Of a stretch of 64,000 nt of DNA, positions 40,337 through 50,831 are shown piece by piece. The stretch covers positions 96,001 to 160,000 of the forward strand of contig CAWGKG010000004.1 of NCBI GenBank assembly GCA_963823035.1, given 5' to 3'. The DNA is from an uncultured Gemmatimonadales bacterium. Its GTDB lineage: Bacteria > Gemmatimonadota > Gemmatimonadetes > Longimicrobiales > Gaopeijiaceae. A program made the translations under genes and the position numbers. The notes beneath the pieces are model-generated. The model was not told the DNA's origin. It made no database searches and saw only the letters and a list, made by a program, of their open reading frames with translations. Positions within the stretch are counted from its first letter, which is position 1; every line of letters starts with the position of its first letter.

Positions 40337-43168
40337 CTACATCTTCACCTTGAGCTGCGTGTAGACGTAGCGCCCGTTCATGCTCAGCCCCGACGAGTCC
40401 TCGAACGGGAAGATGCCGAGGAAGTTGAAGCCCTGGGGCACCACCGCGGGCCGGGCGTCCAGGAGGTTCTCGGCGCCGATGTCGATCTCCAGGCCGTCAC
40501 GGATCTTCCACCCGGTGCGGGCGTCGACGATGAAGTGCGGTCCGTTGTCGAGGAAGACGTCGCCGTTGGCCATGCAGCGTAGATCGGACGGCGGGCTGTT
40601 GCAGATGTCCGGGAGCGACCCGCCCTCTTGCTGGCGGGAGACCTGCAGCCCGTAGTAGTTGCCCGCGAACTCGAGGTCGAACGGCCCGTTCACGTAGCGC
40701 GTCCGCAGGGTGGCGCGGTCCTTCGGGCGGCCGTTCTCGATCGTGAAGCGATCGCTCGAGTCGAACACCTGATCCGCGATCTCGGAGATCACGGCCGGCA
40801 CGTGCACGCCCGTGACCTTGAGCGAGTTGCGGTTGTACTGCGCGATGAACTCCAGGTAGGCGTTGTCCTGAAGGAGGTGCCGGTACGTCCCGGAGATGTC
40901 GACGCCCCTCGTGCGCGTGTCGACGGCGTTCGTGAAGAACTTGACCGTGGGAGCGCCGTAGGCGGCCAGCAGCGTCTCCACGGTCGGGCCCTCGAGCGAG
41001 CCGGTCAGGATGATGCGGTCCTTCACCGCGATCTGGTACCCGTCCACGGTGAAGGTGAGCCGCTCGAGCGGCGTCCAGGCGATGCCGCCGCTGTAGTTGA
41101 CCGAGGTCTCCTCGCGGAGCGGCTCGGCGCCGAGCGCCTTGGCCTCGGGGGACGCCACAGGGATCTCACCGATCTCGTAGGCGACCTGGTTGCCGCTGCC
41201 GTCGTTGCGGAAGCCGGTGGAGACGTGGGAGTAGTAGCTCTGGTTCAGCCCGGGCGCGCGGAAGCCGGTGGACACCGCGCCGCGCAGGATGAACTGCTGC
41301 GTGGGCTGCAGCCGGGCCGCGATCTTCCCGGTGACCGTGCTCCCGAAGTCGCTGTAGTTCTCGAAGCGCACGGCGCCGGCCACGAGCAACTGGTCCGAGA
41401 CGTCGGTCTCCATGTCGAGGTAGGTGCCGACATTGCTTCGCCACTTCGACACCTCCTGGTCGGGACGATAGCCCGTGAACACCTGGCTCCCCGGTGCGGC
41501 GATGTTGCCGTTCCGGTCCGGGTGCCACCCGTTCACCCAGGACGCCATCTCCCCCGCGACGACCTGGAAGTTGTCCGCGCGGAAGACCGCGCCGAGCGAC
41601 ATCGTGAGGGGTGTCGCCGCGCCGATGTCCACCCCGCGCGAGAAGTCCACCTGCGTCGTGAGCTGGTTGGAGACCAGCGCGCCGGCGTAGACGTCCGTCT
41701 TGTTCGGGATGCCGGGGTCGTCCGCCGTGCCGAGCACCCCGTCGACGCCGGGCGCGCACGGCGTGTCGAGGCAGGGCCCGAGCGACACGTTCAGCGTCTG
41801 GTAGATGTTCGTGTCGAGGCGGTTGCGGTCCCACTGCGTGCTCACGTCGTAGTTCCAGTCGCCGACGAAGCCGCGCACGCCGCCGACGACCATCGCGTCC
41901 GCGTTGTCCCCGCGGAAGTGCGGCAGGAAGCCGAGCGGGTGGATCGACGGCCAGTCGCGTGCGTCGATCCCGCGCCGGTAGAAGCCCGAGTGACGGTCGC
42001 GCCGCCAGCTGTAGCCTCCGAAGGAGTACAGGTTGTGCGTCTGCGTCTCCCCCAGCGCGTAGTTCAGGTTGTACATGAAGCCCATGTTGTGCGTGGCGCC
42101 GTCGCCGATCACGTGGTTGGGCTGGGGGACCGCGTTGTTCTTCGTGACCACCTCGCCGACGCCGTCGCCGTCCACGTCCTGGATGACGTCGGCGTCGCCT
42201 GCCACGATCTGGTCGCGCGGATCCGGGCCGGCGCGCTCGGTTTCGCCGCGCGCCGAGTACATCCCGCTGACGACGAAGGTCCCCTGGTCGCCGAGGCCGA
42301 CGCCCCAGCTCCCGCTGACCTCCGCGCGGTTGCCGTCGGGTGCGAAGTCGGAGGGGCGGTACTGCCCCAGCGCCATCGTGATCTCCGGCCTGTGGATGTC
42401 GTCGCGGAGCTGGACGTTGATCACCCCCGCGATGGCGTCCGAGCCGTACTGCGCCGCCGCGCCGTCCCGCAGGATCTCCATGCCGCCGATCGCGGAGGGG
42501 ACGATGGCGTTCATGTCCACGCCGCTCGAGCCCGAGCCCATCGCGCCCGCCCCGAACACGTGGACCACCGAGGTCGGGTGGCGCCGCTTGCCGTTGATGA
42601 GGACCAGCGAGTGGTCCGGGCTGAGCCCCCGCAGCTGGAAGGGCCGTACGCCCGAGGTCAGGTCGGCGATCTGCGGCCGCGGGAAGAAGATCGCGGGAGA
42701 CAGCTCCTGCAGCACCGAGGCCATCTCGAGCTGGGGCGAGGCCGCCAGGATCTCCGTTTGCGTGTACACATCCACGGGCACGGCGAGCTCGTCGGCGGCC
42801 GAGTGCGCGGCACGCGACCCGACGGTGACGGCCACGCCCTCCACGGCCACGGCCATGTGGCCGACGCGGAAGTTCTGCGTCACGGTCTCACCGCCGCGCA
42901 CCGTGACCGAGACCTCGTTGGTCTCGTAGCCGATACTCTGCACCTGTAGCGTGTAGGTTCCGGCCGGGACGTTCAGGATCAGGAACGCGCCGCGCGTGTT
43001 CGTGATGCTGCCCTTTCCCTCGCCGACCAGGCTCACCTGCGCGCCCGAGACCGCGGCACCGTCGTCGGCCACCACCCTTCCCGCCACGGTTCCCGCCTGG
43101 GCCGCCAGGCCCCGGGGTGCGGCCCACGCCACCAGGGCCGCCGCGACCAACATTGAAACTCGACGCAT
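40337..43168 (-). CDS. TonB-dependent receptor with N-terminal carboxypeptidase-regulatory-like domain
   Basis: Plug motifs LRGLSPDHSLVLINGKRRH and EILRDGAAAQYGSDAIAGVIN, then STGFRAP, ENLLD and GRYVY. Confidence 0.95.
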   Translation of the reverse strand: MRRVSMLVAAALVAWAAPRGLAAQAGTVAGRVVADDGAAVSGAQVSLVGEGKGSITNTRGAFLILNVPAGTYTLQVQSIGYETNEVSVTVRGGETVTQNFRVGHMAVAVEGVAVTVGSRAAHSAADELAVPVDVYTQTEILAASPQLEMASVLQELSPAIFFPRPQIADLTSGVRPFQLRGLSPDHSLVLINGKRRHPTSVVHVFGAGAMGSGSSGVDMNAIVPSAIGGMEILRDGAAAQYGSDAIAGVINVQLRDDIHRPEITMALGQYRPSDFAPDGNRAEVSGSWGVGLGDQGTFVVSGMYSARGETERAGPDPRDQIVAGDADVIQDVDGDGVGEVVTKNNAVPQPNHVIGDGATHNMGFMYNLNYALGETQTHNLYSFGGYSWRRDRHSGFYRRGIDARDWPSIHPLGFLPHFRGDNADAMVVGGVRGFVGDWNYDVSTQWDRNRLDTNIYQTLNVSLGPCLDTPCAPGVDGVLGTADDPGIPNKTDVYAGALVSNQLTTQVDFSRGVDIGAATPLTMSLGAVFRADNFQVVAGEMASWVNGWHPDRNGNIAAPGSQVFTGYRPDQEVSKWRSNVGTYLDMETDVSDQLLVAGAVRFENYSDFGSTVTGKIAARLQPTQQFILRGAVSTGFRAPGLNQSYYSHVSTGFRNDGSGNQVAYEIGEIPVASPEAKALGAEPLREETSVNYSGGIAWTPLERLTFTVDGYQIAVKDRIILTGSLEGPTVETLLAAYGAPTVKFFTNAVDTRTRGVDISGTYRHLLQDNAYLEFIAQYNRNSLKVTGVHVPAVISEIADQVFDSSDRFTIENGRPKDRATLRTRYVNGPFDLEFAGNYYGLQVSRQQEGGSLPDICNSPPSDLRCMANGDVFLDNGPHFIVDARTGWKIRDGLEIDIGAENLLDARPAVVPQGFNFLGIFPFEDSSGLSMNGRYVYTQLKVKM

Positions 43169-43479
43169 CTATTCTCCTCCTTCCTTTGAGTGGGCAGGTC
43201 GGAATCGGGAGTCAGTGCATCCGAGATTCTGGGGGAGGGTCTCGAATACGGCTTGCAGATTGGGGGTCGCGTCACGGATCCGCAATCGACCCGCGACCGC
43301 CGGAACATCGCACCGAATGGTGCTTTCGACGGCTCGGACGATTCGGCGTGGTGCAGGCCTGATGGGGGCCGGAGGCGAATGGGACCGTCGCCGGCAGGGT
43401 ATGCGCATACGCTTGCCAGGGGGGGGATCGCACGGCAGGTTGTCGCGCGTCCCCGCCCGCCCCCGACCGCGTGATCCCC

Positions 43480-44976
43480 ATGTCCGCCCCCGAAACCCCT
43501 TCACCCACGGGCCTCGAGCGTAGGCTCGGCCTCCTGGGCCTGGCGGCCACGGGCATCTGCTCGATGCTCGGCGCGGGCATCAACGTGGTTCCCTTCATGA
43601 TCCAACGGAACGTGCCGGGCATCGGGCCGCACGTCCTTCCCGCGTTCGCCTTCGCAGCGGTGCCGGCCGTCCTGGCCGCCGCGGCCTACGCGGTGCTCGC
43701 GTCGGCGATGCCTCGCGCCGGCGGGAGCTACGTCTACGCGAGTCGGGGGTTGAGCCCCTACCTCGGCTTCGTGGCGTCCTTCTCGCAGTGGTTCGGCCTG
43801 TCCATCGCGATCGGCGTGGTCTCCTACCTCCTGGTGCCCTTCCTGCGGGACGTGGCGGCCGCGCTCGGCTGGACGGGCACGGCGGCGCTGCTCGACGACG
43901 GTGGCGCGCGGGTCGCCGTGGCGCTCGCGTTCCTGTGGGCGTCGGTGGCGGTCAACCTGCGCGGCGTGAGGCTGTACGAGCGGGTGGTGGTGCCGATGAT
44001 GGTGGCGATGTTCGTCCTGGGCAGCGTAGTGATCGTCGCGGGATTCTCCTTCGACCATGCGGACTTCGCCGCGGCGCTCCTGGCCCGCGAGGGCGTGGCG
44101 CCTCCCACCGCGGTGGCCGCCCCGTGGTCGCCGGGGACGTTCCTGGCCGCGGCGGCGGTGCTCTTCTCCGGCTTCATCGGCTTCGACTCGATCGCCCAGG
44201 CAGGCGGCGAGGCGCGCGATCCGGGTCGTACCCTGCCGCTCGCGATCGGGCTGGCGGTGGTGACGGTGGGCAGCTTCTACTTCCTCTTCACGGCGGCGGT
44301 CTATCATGCGGTCCCATGGGGCTTCGTGGCCGAACGGGCGGCCACGCAGGACCTGACCGCGCCGGGGCTGCTGGGCTACCTGCTCACCCCGGGGTGGACC
44401 GTGCTGATCGTCGCCGGGGCCGCGGTGGCCCTCGCCAACGACCTGCCCGCGATGCTCCTGGCCGTGTCGAGGCTCATGTTCGCCTGGGCGGAGGACGGCG
44501 TCTTCCCGCGCGTGGTCGCCCGCGTCCACCACCGCTGGCACACGCCCCACGTCGCGATCCTGGTCAGCGGCGCGGTGGCCACCGGCGCGATCCTGGGGAG
44601 CCATTTCGCGGGCGACTTCTTCCTGGGTATCGACATCCTGGTGACCTCGATGCTCGTGAACTTCTTCGTGATGTGCCTCTCCGTCCTCACGCTTCCGGCG
44701 CGCAACGCGGAGCTGGCCCGTGGTGTCACCGTGCTGCCGACGCGCCCCGTCCAGCTCGCGGTGGCCGGGGGAGGGGCCGTCCTTCTCCTCCTCTTCCTGG
44801 GGGTGCACGTTCGCAACGACCTGGCCGTACCGGTGCGCGCCTGGTACTTCCACTCCACGTGGGTGTGGCTGACCGTGATGGCGGCGGCGTCCGTGATGTA
44901 CCTGCGCGAGGTGGGGCGGCTCCGGCGTGAGGGCGTGGACGTCGGAGCGCTGTTCGCCGCCCTTCCCCCGGAATAG
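43480..44976 (+). CDS. APC-family permease
   Basis: SMLGAGI, SAMPRAGGSYVY, FIGFD..GGEARDP, AEDGVFP and TPHVAI, with about 12 TM helices. Confidence 0.9.
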   Translation: MSAPETPSPTGLERRLGLLGLAATGICSMLGAGINVVPFMIQRNVPGIGPHVLPAFAFAAVPAVLAAAAYAVLASAMPRAGGSYVYASRGLSPYLGFVASFSQWFGLSIAIGVVSYLLVPFLRDVAAALGWTGTAALLDDGGARVAVALAFLWASVAVNLRGVRLYERVVVPMMVAMFVLGSVVIVAGFSFDHADFAAALLAREGVAPPTAVAAPWSPGTFLAAAAVLFSGFIGFDSIAQAGGEARDPGRTLPLAIGLAVVTVGSFYFLFTAAVYHAVPWGFVAERAATQDLTAPGLLGYLLTPGWTVLIVAGAAVALANDLPAMLLAVSRLMFAWAEDGVFPRVVARVHHRWHTPHVAILVSGAVATGAILGSHFAGDFFLGIDILVTSMLVNFFVMCLSVLTLPARNAELARGVTVLPTRPVQLAVAGGGAVLLLLFLGVHVRNDLAVPVRAWYFHSTWVWLTVMAAASVMYLREVGRLRREGVDVGALFAALPPE

Positions 44977-44989
44977 GAGGGTGGCTTCG

Positions 44990-46442
44990 GTGGAACGAAT
45001 CGAGCTGGCCGGTGGGCTGGAGATCTCCCGCGTCGTGACGGGGCTGTGGCAGATCGCGGATATGGAGCGGGACGGCGACCCCGTCGACGCGGAGGCCACC
45101 GCGGACGCGATGGCGCCCTACGTGGAGGCCGGCCTGACCACCTTCGACATGGCCGACCACTACGGGAGCGCGGAGGAGGTCGTGGGTGTCTTCCGCGACC
45201 GGCCCGGGATGGCGGGGCGCGTCCAGCTCCTGACGAAGTGGGTGCCGCCTCCCGGGCCGGTCACCCGCGAGACGGTGCGGGCGGCCGTGGATCGTGCGCG
45301 TGCCCGCATGCGGTGCGACGCCCTCGACCTCCTGCAGTTCCACGCCTGGAGCTGGGACGACCCGGCGTGGCTGGACGCCCTCCTCTACCTGGAGGAGCTG
45401 CGCGACGAGGGACTCGTGCGCCACATCGGCCTCACGAACTTCGACACGGCGCATCTTCGCATGGTGCTGCACAGCGGGATCCGGGTGGTGTCCAACCAGG
45501 TGTGCTGGTCGCTTGTGGACCGGCGTCCGGCGGTGGGACTCGCTCCCCTGTGTGCCGAGCACGGCGTTCGGCTCCTGGCCTACGGCACCGCTCGCGGGCG
45601 GGCTCCTCACCGAGCGATGGCTCGATCGCGCCGCGCCGACCCCGACGGAGTTGTCGACCTGGTCGCTGATGAAGTACCGGCGGTTCGTGGACGTGTCGGG
45701 CGGGTGGGAGCGCTTCCAGCGGCTCCTCGGGACGGCGCGCCGCGTCGCCGAACGTCACGGCGTCTCGATCGCGAACGTCGCCTGCCGGTGGGTGCTGGAG
45801 CAGCCGGCGGTGGGCGCGATCATCGTAGGTGCGCGCCTGGGAAGGAGCGAGCACCTCGAGGACAACCTCCGGCTCTTCGACTTCTCCCTGGACGAGGAGG
45901 ATCACGCCCTCCTGGCTGCCGCGCTCGAGGGGTTGGCGAGCCCTCCCGGTGACTCCGGCGACGAGTACCGTCGCCCTCCGTTCCTGACCGCGGCCGGTGA
46001 TCTGAGCCACCACTTCGACGGCTTCCCGCCCCCGTACGAGGTCGCGGAGGGACCCGGGCGCCGGACGAGGGCGCTCTCCGGGACCCCGTGGGAGGATCTC
46101 GCGGGCTTCAGCCGTGCGGTGCGCGTGGGTGACCGGATCTTCGTCTCCGGCACCACGGCCACGCACCGCGACCGCCTGGTGGGCGGGGCGGACGTCGCGT
46201 CCCAGGCCCACTTCTGCATCGACAAGATCGAGGGCGCCATGCGCTCCCTCGGCGGGCGCCTGGAGGACGTGGTGCGCACGCGCGTCTACATCCGCCACGG
46301 AGCCGACTGGGAGGCCGTTTCGCGAGCGCACGGCCAGCGCTTCGGGCACGTTCGCCCCGCGAATACGCTGATCCGGGCGGATCTGGTCGGCGAGGAGTAC
46401 CTCGTCGAGATGGAGGCCGAGGCGGTGGTTGCGCCGCGGTAG
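44990..46442 (+). CDS. Aldo/keto reductase fused to a C-terminal RidA/YjgF domain, frameshift near 45590
   Basis: GLWQ, FDMADHYG, LDLLQFH, IGLTNF, then in frame GFSRAVRVGDRIFVSGTT..RPANT..LVEMEAEA. Confidence 0.87.
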
Positions 46443-46508
46443 GCGTGGGCGGGGGAAGGACGTTTCGTTAGCTTCCGGGCTGATTTTTCCTCCCTGGGGA
46501 ACCGAAAC

Positions 46509-47213
46509 ATGCAATTTCGCCATCGTGGCGCGCTCGCGGGTGTCGCTCTCCTCGTCTCCGCCTGCGGCGGGACCGGGTCGAGCTCGGCGACGCTGGAGAC
46601 GGACGCGCAGAAGGCCAGCTACGGCATCGGTGTGGACATGGGGCGCAATCTCGCGCCGGCCAAGGATCTCATGGACATGAAGGCCTTCCAGCGCGGTCTC
46701 GAGGACGCCATGGCCGGCCGCGATCCCGCCCTCGGGCAGGACGAGATCCAGACCGCGATGCAGGCCTTCGGCCAGGAGGTCATGAAGGCGCAGCAGGAGG
46801 CGCGCTCCACCGCCGGCGAGAAGAACAAGGCGGAAGGAGAGGCCTTCCTCGCGCAGAACAAGACCAAGGAAGGCGTCGTCACCACCGAGAGCGGCCTGCA
46901 GTACGAGGTGCTGACCCAGGGCGACGGCCCCAAGCCGACGGCGGACGACGAGGTTCGCGTCCACTACAGGGGCACCACGATCGCCGGGGTGGCGTTCGAC
47001 AGCTCCTACGGCGGCGAGCCGGCCGAGTTCAAGGTGGGCCGTGTGGTCCCGGGCTTCGCCGAGGCGCTCCAGCTCATGCCGGTGGGCAGCAAGTACCGGG
47101 TGGTGATCCCGAGCGACCTCGCCTACGGCGACCAGGGATCCGGTGGCACCATCGAACCCAACGCCACGCTGATCTTCGAGATCGAGCTGCTGGGGATCGT
47201 CGACAACAAGTAG
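46509..47213 (+). CDS. FKBP-type peptidyl-prolyl isomerase (FkpA/Mip-like lipoprotein)
   Basis: ASYGIG N-domain, SGLQYEVL, VHYRGT, FDSSY, LAYG and LIFEIELL. Confidence 0.95.
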   Translation: MQFRHRGALAGVALLVSACGGTGSSSATLETDAQKASYGIGVDMGRNLAPAKDLMDMKAFQRGLEDAMAGRDPALGQDEIQTAMQAFGQEVMKAQQEARSTAGEKNKAEGEAFLAQNKTKEGVVTTESGLQYEVLTQGDGPKPTADDEVRVHYRGTTIAGVAFDSSYGGEPAEFKVGRVVPGFAEALQLMPVGSKYRVVIPSDLAYGDQGSGGTIEPNATLIFEIELLGIVDNK

Positions 47214-47228
47214 TCCGGGACGGCGCCC

Positions 47229-47516
47229 TCAGACGCCCCGGCGCGCGGCACGCAGGAAGCGGCGCGCGAGTTGGGCGACGCGGTCCTGACCCTCCTCTTC
47301 GGCCTGTTCGAGGATCTTCTCGACCTCGGCCATGAGGAGCCGGTCGCCCCAGCGGTAGCCGGTGGCGGCCTCGGCCGCCGGCGAGTCGCCCTCGTCGGCG
47401 CCCTGGATGAGCGCCCACGCCGCGGCCTCCCTGTAGTAGGGGGAGTCGGGGTCCGGGAGCCGATAGTCGGGCTCCTGGGCCCCGCCCGCGTCTTCGTTCA
47501 CGAACGCGCGGGACAT
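47229..47516 (-). CDS. Small hypothetical protein with an MSRAFVxED N-terminus
   Basis: The start motif resembles that of GreA-like proteins, but there is no Gre C-terminal domain. Confidence 0.6.
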   Translation of the reverse strand: MSRAFVNEDAGGAQEPDYRLPDPDSPYYREAAAWALIQGADEGDSPAAEAATGYRWGDRLLMAEVEKILEQAEEEGQDRVAQLARRFLRAARRGV

Positions 47517-47526
47517 CGTTCGCCCC

Positions 47527-47832
47527 TCAGGCGCCCGGAAGCCGGATCTCCGGCTTGTCCGGATGTCTCCGGTAGAGCACCGCCGTGCGCCCGATCGTCT
47601 GCGCCACGTGGACCCCTTCGAGCGCGGCCGCGACCAGGTCCGCGCTGGCGCGCGCGTCCGCGGGCGCGCCCTCCTGCACCTTGATCTTGAGCAGCTCGCG
47701 CGTGTTGAACGCCTCCGCCACGGAGGCGAGCGCCGCCTCGCTCACGCCGTCCACTCCGATGTGCACGACAGGCTTCAGCCGGTTGGCGAGGGAGCGCAGG
47801 TGTGCGCGCTGCTTGGATGTGAGCCGGTTCAT
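47527..47832 (-). CDS. yhbY: Ribosome assembly RNA-binding protein YhbY (CRM domain)
   Basis: LTSKQRAHLRSLA..LKPVVHIG..ELLKIKV..QTIGRTAVLYR. Confidence 0.93.
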   Translation of the reverse strand: MNRLTSKQRAHLRSLANRLKPVVHIGVDGVSEAALASVAEAFNTRELLKIKVQEGAPADARASADLVAAALEGVHVAQTIGRTAVLYRRHPDKPEIRLPGA

Positions 47833-47939
47833 GCTGGACGATAGCCGGGGTGGGGCGTGGGGCCAACCGTGCCCGGACGCGGGCCATCGACATGAACCGC
47901 GAACACGATGGAGACGTTCCGGGAGCGCATGCGGTAGCC

Positions 47940-48653
47940 TCACCCTTCGCCGAACCGGCGTCCGAGGACCTCGGCCAGGCACGCGAGCTCGACGGAGCGC
48001 TCCACCTCCGCCGCCCGGCCCCCGCCGATGCAGCCGCGCACCTCCGGATCCCCGTGGATCAGGTCGTCCGCCACGAGGTCGAGGGCCTCCATGAGCACCT
48101 TCGCCGCCCCCGAGTCCGGCTGCACGTGCCACTCGGTCTCGTCGCTGTAGGGCTTCGGCGTGAGGTAGGCCACCCGCTCCACGGTGCCCCGCGTCGACCG
48201 GCTCGCGGGTCCGTAGCGGACCTCGAGGTCGCCGACGGCCCGGATGTCGCCCGCACGGATGCCCTGTGTCACCTCGGGCGGCAGCGGGGTGGAGAGTCCC
48301 AACGCCTGCGCCCGCTCCGCCAGCCAGGCGGCGAAGGCGTCTCCGTGGAAGAGCGGATAGACCTCGACGCGTGAGATCTCCAGCGACCACACGGACGGCG
48401 CGCCCCCCGACGGCGGGAGCACGGCGACCTCCCAGGCGCGGGCGCCGGTGGCCGTGACGGAGGCGACCGTGTCCTCCCCCGTGATGCCGTCCAGGAAAGG
48501 GACCCCTCGGGCGGCCCAGTGCTCGACGGCTGCGTCGACCAGACGGTCTTCGGGGGTCTCCGACAGGTAGCGACCCACCGACTCGCACCCCACGGCCGCG
48601 ATGCCCGCGACGAGGAGGGCCAGGGGCCGGGTCCTTCGGACGAGCTCGGGCAT
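47940..48653 (-). CDS. Hypothetical lipoprotein
   Basis: Signal peptide with AVGC lipobox and good codon pattern. No motif recognised. Confidence 0.6.
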   Translation of the reverse strand: MPELVRRTRPLALLVAGIAAVGCESVGRYLSETPEDRLVDAAVEHWAARGVPFLDGITGEDTVASVTATGARAWEVAVLPPSGGAPSVWSLEISRVEVYPLFHGDAFAAWLAERAQALGLSTPLPPEVTQGIRAGDIRAVGDLEVRYGPASRSTRGTVERVAYLTPKPYSDETEWHVQPDSGAAKVLMEALDLVADDLIHGDPEVRGCIGGGRAAEVERSVELACLAEVLGRRFGEG

Positions 48654-48798
48654 GGGCGGTGGCTCCCCGGGGTGGGTCGGACGCCCCACGGTGCGGCGCC
48701 CGCCGAGGCGCGTCAATCTGGCCCCCGTCTTACCTTCTCCGCGACGGCGCGCGCAGGCGCGCCCCCCACCGACGAGCCGGGCCTTCGAGGGACGAACC

Positions 48799-49330
48799 GT
48801 GACCGATCCGCTGACCGAACGTGACCGCGCCGTGGTGCACGAGGCGCTCGACGACATCCGCGCCTCCCCACCTCCGGATCGCACGGCCGCCGGGTGCGTC
48901 GTCGCCCTCCCTGGCTTCGCCATCCTCCTGGTCTTCCCGGTGGCCGCGCGGATCCTGGGTGTGGGCCAGGGCGTCGCGACCGCCGTGCTCGTGGTGGGGA
49001 TCGCCATCCTCGCTGGTGGGTCTCGGCCTGTGGTTCTCCTCCCCCGGCCAGCGGCGCCGACACGCCACCGCGGCCACCGAGGCGGCGCAACGCACGCTCG
49101 AAAGCGGTGAGGACGACCGCGAGGTGCTGCTGCGCGCCGCCACCCTCCTCCTGGTGTACGCGCACGTCCCCCGGCGGAGGGCGATCGCGTCGACGTTCGA
49201 CAGGGTGAAGGCGCGCGAGCGCCTCGCGGGGCACATGCCCCTCGTGGCGGCGGTGGAAGGCCTGCTCCTCGAGGAGGAGGTGATCTACCCGGTGTTCTCC
49301 GACGACGCCCCGGGCCCGGGGCTCGACTGA
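48799..49330 (+). CDS. Hypothetical two-TM membrane protein, frameshift near 49010
   Basis: Two hydrophobic helices followed by a helical soluble tail, reconstructed across frames. Confidence 0.55.
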
Positions 49331-49764
49331 GCGGTGGGCACGCACAGGAGGACGCGAACGCCGTCGGGCAGCGCGTCGGTGGCCGGGCGTTGCACGTAGC
49401 CGACGCCGCCACGCGTGCGCGCGACGAAGAGGAGGACGGCCGCCTCCGACGCCACGGTCGCCGGCGGCCGCGTGCCGTGGAAGTAGCGCTCGTTCCAGTA
49501 GGGCGCCATGTCCTGCACCGACTGACCGAACACCGCGCGCGAGAAGCGTTCCCGGACCTGGGAGGCGGCCGGTAGGTTCACGGGGTGAGCGGGCGATCCG
49601 TCCGGCCAGAAGCGCTGGCGGAGGAGGAAGAGGCGGCGCACGAGGTCGAGATCCACCTCCCCGACGGATGCGGGGAGGTTCGCCACCACGCAGACGGGGT
49701 TCGTCTGGGCGGTAGGCTTCCCGGCCAAGGCCGTCAGAAGAGCGAGGAGAAGGACAGGAACCAT
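49285..49764 (-). CDS. Small periplasmic binding-protein-like (phosphate SBP-like single domain) protein
   Basis: VVAN..V..LFL..W.DG..PVN..R..F...YW..P....SEAAV..FVA...GGVGYV pattern, with signal peptide. Confidence 0.75.
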   Translation of the reverse strand: MVPVLLLALLTALAGKPTAQTNPVCVVANLPASVGEVDLDLVRRLFLLRQRFWPDGSPAHPVNLPAASQVRERFSRAVFGQSVQDMAPYWNERYFHGTRPPATVASEAAVLLFVARTRGGVGYVQRPATDALPDGVRVLLCVPTAQSSPGPGASSENTG

Positions 49765-50831
49765 CCGTCCGGGATCTTGGTGGTGGGTCTCCTGGAGAAC
49801 TGGCGGCCGAACTTGACCACCAGCTCGGGCCTCGCCCGCCACGTCACCCCGGCGAACGCGAGGCGTGCGGTGCGATCGTCCACGGGTCGGTAGACCTCTC
49901 CCCGCGCTACGCCCCAGACGGATCCGGCCATGCGTACCGCCGCCAGGACGAACGCGCCTCCCTCCGATACCGCTCCCCCGCGCGGGGGAAGCCACGCTCC
50001 CTCCGCCGTGACCTCGAAGCGGGGCGTCACCCATCGCAGGTCAGCGGCGAGCAGCCCCCGATACGATGCGTCCTCCTCCCGATCCTCCTGATCCTCGATC
50101 TCTCCCGGCTCGTCGATGGTCTCGATGGTCTCGTAGGGTCTCGACCGGCGCATCCGCGCCGCGCTCGCGCCGAGCGTCAGGCCGGGGTGCACCTCCATGG
50201 CGAAGCGCGCGCCCACGGCGCTCACGAAGGCGCTCTCCTCCCGCTCTTCCCGTCCCCCGGAGGGGTTCCAGGACGGGGCCCAGAAGAGGGCGTATCCGAT
50301 GTCATGGCCGCCCACCGCCCCCTCACCGGCCGCGAGCAGGCCGTTGAGGCTCTTCGCGAACGGCCGGTAGGTGGTCAGCGGGCGGGTGGGGGTCCAGGTG
50401 AGCGGCTCGGCGTGCCGCTCGTTCCACTGTCCGATAGGCGTGAGGAAGCGTCCCGCCCGCAGCCGGAGGAGGTCGGAGACGGAGTACTCCAGGTAGAGGC
50501 GCACCGGAAGGAGGTTCCCGGAGGTCTCGCGTCCGGTCCACGTCTCGGAGCTCCGCTTGGCCATGTCGAGCTCCACGAGGTAGCTTGCGCGCGGAGCGAT
50601 CTGACCCCAGGCCAGCACGGCGGCGACGAGCTCGCTGACCTCGACGCGCTCGACCTCTTCGGGGTGCTCGGGTCGGCTGAACGTCACCGACGCGTAGCCC
50701 CCGACCTGGAAGGGTCCGGTCCCCACCACCGGCGGCGCCGGAAGCTGTGCCGCCGCCGGGGTCACCAGGGCCGCCAGCGCGACGAACACCGCGCCGACGG
50801 TCCGTGAGATCGTGGAGCTCGGGTGCAGCAC
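49734..50831 (-). CDS. Outer-membrane porin-like beta-barrel
   Basis: Signal AAAQ, YLEY..LRLRAGRFLTPIGQWNERH, amphipathic strands and terminal Phe. Start uncertain. Confidence 0.7.
   Translation of the reverse strand: MLHPSSTISRTVGAVFVALAALVTPAAAQLPAPPVVGTGPFQVGGYASVTFSRPEHPEEVERVEVSELVAAVLAWGQIAPRASYLVELDMAKRSSETWTGRETSGNLLPVRLYLEYSVSDLLRLRAGRFLTPIGQWNERHAEPLTWTPTRPLTTYRPFAKSLNGLLAAGEGAVGGHDIGYALFWAPSWNPSGGREEREESAFVSAVGARFAMEVHPGLTLGASAARMRRSRPYETIETIDEPGEIEDQEDREEDASYRGLLAADLRWVTPRFEVTAEGAWLPPRGGAVSEGGAFVLAAVRMAGSVWGVARGEVYRPVDDRTARLAFAGVTWRARPELVVKFGRQFSRRPTTKIPDGWFLSFSSLF

Noticed and set aside
43169..43470. Possible riboswitch or sigma-54 promoter upstream of the TonB receptor
   Set aside because: No cobalamin, TPP or other aptamer consensus recognised. 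TGGCAAGCGTATGC has GG-N9-GC spacing, which is wrong for sigma-54.
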